A stretch of DNA of 64,000 nt from a bacterium (lineage in GTDB: Bacteria; CG03): positions 56,090-120,089 of the forward strand of contig JBDRRS010000003.1 in the NCBI GenBank assembly GCA_043825615.1, in the 5' to 3' direction. Under the pieces are notes generated by a model. It saw nothing but the letters and a program-made list of their open reading frames with translations, did not search any database and was not told where the DNA came from. Below, in pieces: positions 1 through 7,947 of the stretch (its first letter is position 1; each line of letters starts with the position of its first letter). The position numbers were made by a program, and so were the translations under genes.

Positions 1-513
1 TCCTCTCTGATTCATCTTCAGTTTGTCAACATCCATCCTTTCAGGGACGGCAACGGCAGATGCGCAAGAGCGCTGGCGTCATGGGAATTATTCAGAAGGG
101 GCTTTGACTCCCTGCATATTTTTTCGATTGATGAGGTTCTGCTTGAAAACAGGACTCTTTATATTAAAAACCTTCAGAGAGTTCAACTTGAAAAGTATCC
201 GCTTGGGGCGTGGCTGGAATTTATGTCGGAAACAATACTGGAAACGCTTGAGCGCGTTTACAGTCGTATGATGTCAATAGGGATTGCTACCGAGACGCCT
301 GTTTCTATCACTATAAAACAGGAAAAACTTTTGCGAATTATTCAGGAACGGGGAATAATGGGTATTCGTGATATAGCGCGGGCGATTAGAACAACCGTTC
401 CCGGCGCTCACTATGTTCTTAAACCTCTTATCAGATACGGGGTAATCGTCAGAGTCGGACAGTACAAAAATGCTAAATATGCAGTCCCCTCCGCAATTAA
501 GATTTCCAAATAA
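1..513 (+). CDS. Fic/DOC family protein, C-terminal part (5' end outside window) with winged-helix-like tail
   Basis: Frame 1 is open from nt 1 and runs into the listed ORF 223..513. Nt 34-69 translate to HPFRDGNGRCAR, matching the Fic motif HxFx(D/E)GNGRxxR. The tail KLLRIIQERGIMGIRDIARAI looks like a wHTH. Confidence 0.75.
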   Translation, partial: SSLIHLQFVNIHPFRDGNGRCARALASWELFRRGFDSLHIFSIDEVLLENRTLYIKNLQRVQLEKYPLGAWLEFMSETILETLERVYSRMMSIGIATETPVSITIKQEKLLRIIQERGIMGIRDIARAIRTTVPGAHYVLKPLIRYGVIVRVGQYKNAKYAVPSAIKISK

Positions 514-526
514 TGAAAATTAAAAT

Positions 527-3301
527 TTGTCGGCACTGCAAAACCGAACTAATTTTTGCTCAGTTATGGCGGCTAAGATAAAAAAAGTTTTCTTTGCTAT
601 TTTGTTTTTTTCTTTCCTCCCATACGGCATTACTGCAAATGAAGGTTCTCTGACAAGAACTCTTAAAGGGCATACCGGATGGGTGTTGTCGGTTGCATTT
701 TCGCCGGACGGGAAATATCTTGCCTCAGGAAGTGGTGATGGAACAATAAAACTCTGGCGTGTTTCAGACGGCAAATTAATTAGAACTTTTAAAGGTCATG
801 CTAACAAGGTGGTTTCAGTTTCATTTTCTCCCGATGGGAAACTGATTGCCTCTGGAAGTTGGGATTGTACAATAAAAATCTGGCATGTTTCAAAGGGTTC
901 TCTAATCAGAACGCTTAAAGGGCATACCGGATATGTAAACTCAGTATCATTTTCACCTGATGGAAAATATCTTGCATCAGGAAGTGAAGATAAAACAATA
1001 AAAATCTGGCGGACTTCTGATGGCTCTCTCATAAGAACAGTTAAAGGACACATATCCCCTGTGAATTCAGTATCATTTTCACCTGATGGTAAATACTTTG
1101 CATCAGGAAGTGAAGATAAAACAATAAAAATCTGGTCGGCTTTCGACGGTTTTCTCATAGGAACGCTTATAGGACACACAGATTACGTGAGATCGCTATC
1201 ATTTTCACCTGACGGGAAATATATTGCATCAGGAAGTGATGTGTTAGATAATACAATAAAAATCTGGCGCGTCTCGGATGATTCTCTAATAAGAACGCTT
1301 AAAGGGCATACAGGGAAAGTTTATTCAGTATCATTTTCGCCTGATGGAAAATTTCTTGTCTCTGGAAGTCAGGATGAAACAATAAAAGTTTGGCGCATCT
1401 CTAATGGGACATTGATAGAAACGCTCAAAGGACATACATTTAAAGTGTGGTCAGTATCATTTTCACCAGATGGGAAATATCTTGCCTCGGGAAGTTGGAG
1501 AGCGATAAAAATCTGGCTTACACCATGGGAGAAAGAAAAAAGGGACACTGAAGAAGGAGTTGTTAGAGCAATTCAAGAAGCATCGAGACTGATGGAAGAA
1601 CAAGAAATTAAAGCTGCGCATAAAAGAAATGCGGAAAGAAAGGAGAAAGAAAAAAATGAATATCTTAATGCGTTTAACGGGTTATATCTGATTGGGAATC
1701 CAAGGATTGAAATTTTTGCCGGTTCAAAAGAAAATATAGAAATTAAGTTAAATAATGAATCATCGCAGAATTTCAGAGACATTACGGTAAAATGTTCCAT
1801 TTCGCAATCTTCACCTTATATTGAATATAAATCAAAAGAAAAATTAAATGAATTAAAATACGGAGAAGGGAAAAAATTGATTTTTCCGGTTTCTGTCCAG
1901 TGGCATGCAAAGGAAGATAATCTGCATTTTAATTTTGAAATGACGGAGAACCGGTATAATTTTTTCAGAAATTTTTCCATCCCTGTTGAAATAAAGAGAA
2001 GGGAGCCCATTTTCGAAATTCTGGATATAAAAATTGATGATTCTTCAACAGCGGAGACATGGGGTGACGGGGATGGTATCATAGAAAAAGGAGAACGGGT
2101 AAAAATGTCCGTTATGATTGTCAATAATGGAAAAGGCGCAGGAATGTCAAGTGCGTTTCATCTTTTAACAGCGCATCCTCATATAGAAATAACAAAAGGA
2201 AAAGAGGAAAAGGATGATATTCTGCCAGGAGAGAAAAAAGTTACTGAATTCGTACTTTCTCTTGACGCTGGCTATATTGGTCCGAAAGTTCTCCCCCTTT
2301 TATTAAAAATAACCGGCGATTTTGAAGAAAAAATTATTCCTCTAAAATTAAGTTATCGCAGGATATTTTCTGAAAATATAATTATTGTTGTTCTCGGTGC
2401 ATTACTTTTAATTTTTTCCATAGTATTTTTTATCAGGCAAAAAACTGATAAGAAAGAAATTAAACCTGTTCAGACAAAAGGTACAATCTCTGCAGGAATA
2501 CGCTCACAAGGGGATGTATTTGATAAATATGAAATTATTCGCGAGAGGGGTAGAGGCGGAATGGGAATTGTTTATGAGGCGATGAATAAAAAACTTGGCA
2601 AAAAAATCGCTCTGAAAAAAATGAAAGAGGAACTTGCAATAAATCCGAGGGAAAGAGAAAGGTTTTTAATGGAAGCGAGAAGAGTGGCAGTGTTACAACA
2701 TCCCCATATTGTTGATATTTACGACATTATTGAGGAGAAAAATAATATCTATCTTATTTTTGAATTTGTTGAAGGGAGAACAATAGAATGGCATTTAAAT
2801 GAGAAAGGGAAATTCATATTATCAAGGACGATAGAAATAACTAAACAAATATGTGAGGCACTGGATTATGCCCACGGGCATAAAATAATTCACAGAGATA
2901 TGACGACATCAAACATTATGATTTGTCACAATGGCAGAGTAAAGGTAATGGATTTCGGAATAGCAAGAGAGGCGAAGAATACTTTTTCACGGTTAACAGG
3001 AAAGGACACATCCGGCACTCTCGCTTATATGGCTCCCGAGCAGGAATTAGGAAGTTATGATGTGCAGTCGGACATATTTTCCGTCGGTGTTTGTTTTTAT
3101 GAGATGCTTGCAGGTGAACTGCCTTACAAAGGTCCGAACTTCTATTTGCAGAAAACAAAAATGTCATATAGAAAAATCAGAGAAATCAATCCTGAAATTC
3201 CGCAGGAAATTGAATCAATAATTGAAAAATGTCTCCAGCCGGAAAAAGAAAATAGATATAATACGGTTGAAGATTTGATTACAGAACTCAAAAAAATATG
3301 A
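527..3301 (+). CDS. Receptor-like protein: signal peptide, 7 WD40 blades, coiled coil, beta-rich middle domain, TM helix, C-terminal Ser/Thr kinase-like domain
   Basis: Seven GH..V.SVSFSPDGKYLASGS.D.TIKIW repeats (about nt 644-1532). TM helix IIIVVLGALLLIFSIVFFI. Kinase motifs GRGGMGIVY, ALKKMK, HRDMTTSN (nt 2891-2914), DFG, APE. The true start may be the internal MAAKIKK. Confidence 0.85.
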   Translation: MSALQNRTNFCSVMAAKIKKVFFAILFFSFLPYGITANEGSLTRTLKGHTGWVLSVAFSPDGKYLASGSGDGTIKLWRVSDGKLIRTFKGHANKVVSVSFSPDGKLIASGSWDCTIKIWHVSKGSLIRTLKGHTGYVNSVSFSPDGKYLASGSEDKTIKIWRTSDGSLIRTVKGHISPVNSVSFSPDGKYFASGSEDKTIKIWSAFDGFLIGTLIGHTDYVRSLSFSPDGKYIASGSDVLDNTIKIWRVSDDSLIRTLKGHTGKVYSVSFSPDGKFLVSGSQDETIKVWRISNGTLIETLKGHTFKVWSVSFSPDGKYLASGSWRAIKIWLTPWEKEKRDTEEGVVRAIQEASRLMEEQEIKAAHKRNAERKEKEKNEYLNAFNGLYLIGNPRIEIFAGSKENIEIKLNNESSQNFRDITVKCSISQSSPYIEYKSKEKLNELKYGEGKKLIFPVSVQWHAKEDNLHFNFEMTENRYNFFRNFSIPVEIKRREPIFEILDIKIDDSSTAETWGDGDGIIEKGERVKMSVMIVNNGKGAGMSSAFHLLTAHPHIEITKGKEEKDDILPGEKKVTEFVLSLDAGYIGPKVLPLLLKITGDFEEKIIPLKLSYRRIFSENIIIVVLGALLLIFSIVFFIRQKTDKKEIKPVQTKGTISAGIRSQGDVFDKYEIIRERGRGGMGIVYEAMNKKLGKKIALKKMKEELAINPRERERFLMEARRVAVLQHPHIVDIYDIIEEKNNIYLIFEFVEGRTIEWHLNEKGKFILSRTIEITKQICEALDYAHGHKIIHRDMTTSNIMICHNGRVKVMDFGIAREAKNTFSRLTGKDTSGTLAYMAPEQELGSYDVQSDIFSVGVCFYEMLAGELPYKGPNFYLQKTKMSYRKIREINPEIPQEIESIIEKCLQPEKENRYNTVEDLITELKKI

Positions 3302-4029
3302 AAGTAAAAATATGTCCGCAGTGTAAAACAGAAAATAGAGCCGAGGCAAGGTTTTGCAAAAACTGCGGCAACCGCTTTAAAATAATTGCGCTTATTCTTT
3401 TTATTACCGCAATTGCCGGTGCAGTGTATTATTTTTCAGATATTTCTGGACGATCGCGGCTCAATAATGAGCTCCGGTGGTATGGTGGTGATAAATATAT
3501 TCTTAAGGTAAAAGAAACAGTAAAAGGCTGGTTTGTGGAAGGAGACCTTGTTCCCCTATTAGAGATTACCAAAAAGGAAAGTCCGCCTCCAAAGCAGGCA
3601 GGAAAAATTAATTTTAACCAAAAACTTTATGAACAACATTTTGCGCAGGGTAAAAAAGAAGCGGAAAAAGGAAACTGGAATGAGGCAATGAAATCATACA
3701 GGAAATCTCTCCTATATAAGCCGCATGATAAGAAAGCAGAGAATGAACTGAAATTTGTCCGAGATGTTTGGCAGAGAAGAGAATTAAAGAAGGGGGAAGA
3801 AGAAGCGAAAAAAACTCTTGAGAGAGTAGAAGATAAAGAAAAATATGCAAGTCGCGTGGAAAGAATCGAAAATCTGAAAAGGCAATATTATAGCCGAGGA
3901 TTAAATCTATACCAGGCAAAAAAATATGAGGAAGCAATAAAAACGTTCAGGAAACTGCTTATGCTGGAACCTGCTCACCCGCAGGCGCTTTATATAATCA
4001 AAAAATGCGAAGATGCCCTTGGGATATAG
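3298..4029 (+). CDS. Zinc-ribbon / single TM / TPR-like repeat protein
   Basis: N-terminal CPQC...CKNC zinc ribbon, hydrophobic helix IIALILFITAIAGAVYYF, and TPR-like segments (GNWNEAMKSYRKSLLYKP, KKYEEAIKTFRKLLMLEP). Its ATGA start/stop overlaps the upstream kinase gene. Confidence 0.6.
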   Translation: MKVKICPQCKTENRAEARFCKNCGNRFKIIALILFITAIAGAVYYFSDISGRSRLNNELRWYGGDKYILKVKETVKGWFVEGDLVPLLEITKKESPPPKQAGKINFNQKLYEQHFAQGKKEAEKGNWNEAMKSYRKSLLYKPHDKKAENELKFVRDVWQRRELKKGEEEAKKTLERVEDKEKYASRVERIENLKRQYYSRGLNLYQAKKYEEAIKTFRKLLMLEPAHPQALYIIKKCEDALGI

Positions 4030-4082
4030 AAAAAATAGGGCCGGAGGAAATTAACATCCGATGGGTATTAATAAAATTTGAC

Positions 4083-4111
4083 TTGACTGATATTATAGAA
4101 ATCTATATAAT
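4083..4111 (+). promoter_or_regulatory. Sigma70-like promoter candidate (TTGACT, 17 nt, TATAAT)
   Basis: TTGACT at 4083-4088, a 17-nt spacer, then TATAAT at 4106-4111. It lies 37 nt upstream of the ATPase ORF start at 4148. Confidence 0.4.
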
Positions 4112-4147
4112 TAGTCGGGTTGATATTAAAGGAAAAAAGATTAATAG

Positions 4148-5539
4148 ATGAAAAGAATTTATTTTAGAACACTGGACCTGAATGGATTTTGGAACAGGGA
4201 AGAGCACATTGATTTTAATATGGAATCAATAATTCCGAGATTTAAGATAAAAAAAATATTAAGCAGATTAGAAGAAAAAAACATTGAAATAATCACAGGA
4301 CCGAGACAGACGGGAAAAACAACGTTGCTGTATCTCATCATAAAGGATATATTGAAAAACAGGAAAAACCATAAGAGATTATTCTACGTAAATCTTGATA
4401 CGATTGTAAATTACGAACTATTTGAAAACCCCTATTTATTTTATGAAAATATCAAAAGGTCATTTGCCGATGATAAAGGCGTAAATTATCTTTTTATAGA
4501 CGAAGTTCAGAGATTAAGAAATCCGGGACAGTTTTTGAAAGGGATATATGACTTAAAAAAGAACATAAAAATAATTGTTACGGGCTCTTCCTCTCTTGAA
4601 ATAAAATCCAAGACAAAAGAATTTTTAACCGGCAGAAAAAGGGAAACGACATTATTACCGGTTTCATTTTCGGAGTATATTGATTCGGGGAGGAAAATTC
4701 CGGAAGATTTGAAATCACTAAAAATAAATAACAAAACATTGTCATTATGGGCGGATAATGAGTTGCTTTACGGTAAATACCTTTCAGACAAATTGGAATA
4801 TATGCAGCTTTACGGAGGATATCCCGCGGCGCTGACTAAAAAAAATTATGAACAGAGGATTGAAGAACTATCGGAAATATTCAATTCATACATAAAAAAG
4901 GATGTTGTTGATTTTTTAAAAGTTGAACGCATTGATATTTATGACAAATTGATTAAAGTGGCAGCCACGCAAATAGGTAATATGATGAATTTTTCTGAAT
5001 TGTGCTCCCTTGTGCAGGGTAATTTAATAACCGTAACTAAATATTTAAGCATTCTTGAAAAAACTTTCATAACTTATTATTTAAAACCGTTCACCTCTAA
5101 AAAAAGGAATGAGGTCAAACATGCAACCAAATGTTATTTTATTGATACTGGCCTGCGAAATTTTGCCATAAGGCAGTTTAATAAAACCGATACGAGGATG
5201 GATTCAGGAGCATTGCTCGAGAATATTCTTTTAGCTGAAAATTTAAAGAAACAGAAATTAGACGAAGAGATATTTTACTGGAGAACAAAAGCAGGAGCGG
5301 AAATAGATTGTGTTATAAAAAAGCAGGGGAGAATTATTCCGATAGAAATAAAGTCGGGAAAAATAAAAATTGGAGCGCTTACCAAAAGTTTCCATTCTTT
5401 TATTAATTCATTTTCACCTGAAAAAGCCATATTTATCAATAAGGATAAGTTCGGAATAATGAAAATACACAGGACGAGAGTTTATTATATTCCTGCTAAA
5501 TGGTTTCTTTTATACGGTTTAAATTTAATAGGAGAATAA
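4148..5539 (+). CDS. COG1373-type ATPase (AAA_14 N-terminal domain plus DUF4143 C-terminal domain)
   Basis: Walker A GPRQTGKTTLL and Walker B-like LFIDEVQ. The C-terminal part reads WRTKAGAEIDCVIKK...IPIEIKSG, an E-x-D ... E-x-K nuclease-like pattern. Confidence 0.8.
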   Translation: MKRIYFRTLDLNGFWNREEHIDFNMESIIPRFKIKKILSRLEEKNIEIITGPRQTGKTTLLYLIIKDILKNRKNHKRLFYVNLDTIVNYELFENPYLFYENIKRSFADDKGVNYLFIDEVQRLRNPGQFLKGIYDLKKNIKIIVTGSSSLEIKSKTKEFLTGRKRETTLLPVSFSEYIDSGRKIPEDLKSLKINNKTLSLWADNELLYGKYLSDKLEYMQLYGGYPAALTKKNYEQRIEELSEIFNSYIKKDVVDFLKVERIDIYDKLIKVAATQIGNMMNFSELCSLVQGNLITVTKYLSILEKTFITYYLKPFTSKKRNEVKHATKCYFIDTGLRNFAIRQFNKTDTRMDSGALLENILLAENLKKQKLDEEIFYWRTKAGAEIDCVIKKQGRIIPIEIKSGKIKIGALTKSFHSFINSFSPEKAIFINKDKFGIMKIHRTRVYYIPAKWFLLYGLNLIGE

Positions 5540-5555
5540 AAACTCATAAGAATTT

Positions 5556-6830
5556 ATGAAAGTAAAAATCTGTCCGCAGTGCAAGACGGAAAATAGAGCC
5601 GAGGCGGTATTCTGCAAGAACTGCAGAAAAACATTAAAGTTATCTGTAGCGGTGCGATTTATCGCGCTTGGTTTTTTTATTAGCGCTATTGTCGGAGCGG
5701 GCTGGTATTTTTATTCAATAATAAATATCTCCGGTCGAGCAAATGCAAAAATAAAGGAAGCGGAAAAAATTAGGCAGACACTCCCAAAATTCCGTGAAGG
5801 AAAGCATCCTGCTGGTTATTTAAGGGAACAGTATGAAGCGTGGAAATCTCTTCGTTTAGCAAAAGAAACTTATGTTGCAGGGAATTATGCAGCGTCATTA
5901 AAATATGCAAAAAGTGCAATTCAAAAGGCAAAGAAATTAGATGAAACTGCACGCCTTGAATCGGATATAAAATATGGCCGCTGGTTTGTGGAAGGAGAGG
6001 AGAACCTAAAAAAAGCAGAAAAAACCGTAGCAGCAGAGCTTGCTCTGCCTTTATACCGGAGGACACTGGAATGTTTTGAAAAAGTGTTGAATTGCCGCCC
6101 GGATGATTCTGCTTCAAAAGAAAAAATTGAATTTTGTAAAAATAAAATTTATGAGCTACTTTTTATTCAAGGAAAAAATTATGCGGAAAAAGGAAACTGG
6201 GAGGATGCGATAACGTCATATCAGGAAGCATTGAAATACAAGCCGGGCGACAGCAAAGCGGAGAACGAGCTGAAATTTGTAACGTCAAAGAAAATTGATG
6301 ACTCTATTTCCAAAGGAAAAAGATACCTCAATCAAAAAAAATATTCGGACGCGGTGGATGAATTTCAGAAAGCAGTAAATCTCGGAGCATCAGGAGAAGT
6401 AATAGGATTATTGGCGGAAGCGAAGAAGAAGAAGAGGAAGTGGGTGGTACAGAAGGGCGAATGGAGTATAATTGACGATGACCTTGTAATTGTAGGTATC
6501 GGAGGAGGTGATTACCTGATGTGGCCAAGAAACAAATACAGGGCCGGATGCAACAATAATGGAGAATTAAACTGGTCGTCAGCTATGTCCTGGGCGCGGG
6601 ATTTGGTTTATAATGGCTATGACGACTGGCGTCTGCCGACAAAAGATGAACTAAAACAACTCTATGATTATGGGAAGACATATATTACTTACTCATCTTC
6701 TTGGTATTGGTCTTCGTCTGCTCACGCTAGGACCAATTTTACATGGTACGTGTATTTCGGCAATGGCTACGTGGGCTACGTCAATAAGACCGATAGCGGC
6801 TATGTTCGTCCGGTGCGTGGATGCCCGTGA
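5556..6830 (+). CDS. Zinc-ribbon / TM / TPR-like protein with C-terminal DUF1566 (Lcl C-terminal, C-type-lectin-like) domain
   Basis: The N-terminus MKVKICPQCKTENRAEAVFCKNC is nearly identical to that of ORF 3298. It has a TM helix and TPR-like segments. The C-terminus (DDWRLPTKDELKQLY ... GYVRPVRG) is typical of DUF1566. Confidence 0.7.
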   Translation: MKVKICPQCKTENRAEAVFCKNCRKTLKLSVAVRFIALGFFISAIVGAGWYFYSIINISGRANAKIKEAEKIRQTLPKFREGKHPAGYLREQYEAWKSLRLAKETYVAGNYAASLKYAKSAIQKAKKLDETARLESDIKYGRWFVEGEENLKKAEKTVAAELALPLYRRTLECFEKVLNCRPDDSASKEKIEFCKNKIYELLFIQGKNYAEKGNWEDAITSYQEALKYKPGDSKAENELKFVTSKKIDDSISKGKRYLNQKKYSDAVDEFQKAVNLGASGEVIGLLAEAKKKKRKWVVQKGEWSIIDDDLVIVGIGGGDYLMWPRNKYRAGCNNNGELNWSSAMSWARDLVYNGYDDWRLPTKDELKQLYDYGKTYITYSSSWYWSSSAHARTNFTWYVYFGNGYVGYVNKTDSGYVRPVRGCP

Positions 6831-6948
6831 GTATTGATTATTTGATTATTTCCTGCCGAAAGGCAGTGTGGATTTATGAATAAGATTTAGAAAATATGAG
6901 AAACGAAAAATCAGAATTAATAATATCTTTTGAAGAAGGGAGAAAATT

Positions 6949-7947
6949 ATGATATGTCCGGAATGTAAAAAAGAAGTTCCTGAAGGGGAATTCTGTGACC
7001 TTTGCGGAGCAAAATTAGAATCGGCAGGAAAAAGTACGCTCACTTCCGCCCCTGTGCAAAAGCCGTCATCTGAGAGTATATTAAAAGAAAAATATGAGAT
7101 TTTAAGAGAAATCGGGCGAGGGGGAATGGGGATTGTTTATGAGGCGGTGAACAAAAAACTTGGGAAAAAAGTTGCTCTGAAAAAGATGAAAGAGGAACTT
7201 GCAATAAATCCAAGAGAGAAGGAGAGATTTTTGAAAGAAGCAAGGAGAGTTGCCGAACTTCATCATCCGCGCATTGTTGACATTTACGATATTGTTGAAG
7301 AAGAAATCCCCTCACCTAACCTCTCCCCTGAGGGGAGAGGAAAAAGAGAGGGCGGGATTTATCTTGTGTTTGAGTTTGTGGACGGAAGAACAATTGAGCA
7401 GATGCTTAATTCAGGAATGAAATTCAAAGTTAATGAGGCGGTGAAAATAATCAAGCAGGTCTGCGAAGCGCTTGAATATGCTCACGGTAAAAAAATTATA
7501 CACAGAGATGTGAAACCCTCAAACATAATTGTTTGCCCCTCACCTGACCTCTCCCCGAAGGGGAGAGGAATGATGGTAAAAGTGATGGATTTCGGAATTG
7601 CAAGAGAAGCAAAGAATACGTATTCAAGATTAACCGGAAAGGATACATCGGGCACGTTGGCTTATATGGCTCCCGAGCAGGAACTGGGAAGTTATGATGT
7701 GCAGTCGGACATATTTTCGGTTGGAGTATGCTTGTATGAAATGCTCACAGGGGAACTGCCTTACAAGGGTCCAAACTTCTATTTGCAGAAAGAAAAGATG
7801 TCATATAGAAAAATCAGGGAAATCAATCCCGAAATCCCTCAGGGTATTGAATCAATAATTGAGAAATGCCTTCAGCCGGAAAAAGAAAATAGATATCAGT
7901 CGGTGGCGGAATTGATTGATCAAATAGCGGATTTGAAAGATGCTTAG
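6949..7947 (+). CDS. Zinc-ribbon Ser/Thr protein kinase (soluble)
   Basis: N-terminal CPEC...CDLC ribbon. Kinase motifs GRGGMGIVY, ALKKMK, HRDVKPSN (nt 7501-7524), DFG, APE. It is roughly 85% identical by eye to the kinase domain of ORF 527..3301. Confidence 0.85.
   Translation: MICPECKKEVPEGEFCDLCGAKLESAGKSTLTSAPVQKPSSESILKEKYEILREIGRGGMGIVYEAVNKKLGKKVALKKMKEELAINPREKERFLKEARRVAELHHPRIVDIYDIVEEEIPSPNLSPEGRGKREGGIYLVFEFVDGRTIEQMLNSGMKFKVNEAVKIIKQVCEALEYAHGKKIIHRDVKPSNIIVCPSPDLSPKGRGMMVKVMDFGIAREAKNTYSRLTGKDTSGTLAYMAPEQELGSYDVQSDIFSVGVCLYEMLTGELPYKGPNFYLQKEKMSYRKIREINPEIPQGIESIIEKCLQPEKENRYQSVAELIDQIADLKDA
7308..7340. repeat. 33-nt palindromic element, copy 1, in frame inside the kinase gene
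   Basis: Sequence cccctcacctaaCCTCTCCCCtgaGGGGAGAGG. It has a 9-bp perfect stem (7320-7328 / 7332-7340) and translates as PSPNLSPEGRG. It is absent from the paralogous kinase. Confidence 0.65.
7536..7568. repeat. 33-nt palindromic element, copy 2, in frame inside the kinase gene
   Basis: Sequence cccctcacctgaCCTCTCCCCgaaGGGGAGAGG. The stem is 7548-7556 / 7560-7568 and it translates as PSPDLSPKGRG. It is absent from the paralogous kinase. Confidence 0.65.

Noticed and set aside
6690-6830. Possible diversity-generating retroelement variable region in the DUF1566 tail.
   Set aside because: I could find no reverse transcriptase and no template repeat in the window. It is kept only as a low-key pointer in the findings.
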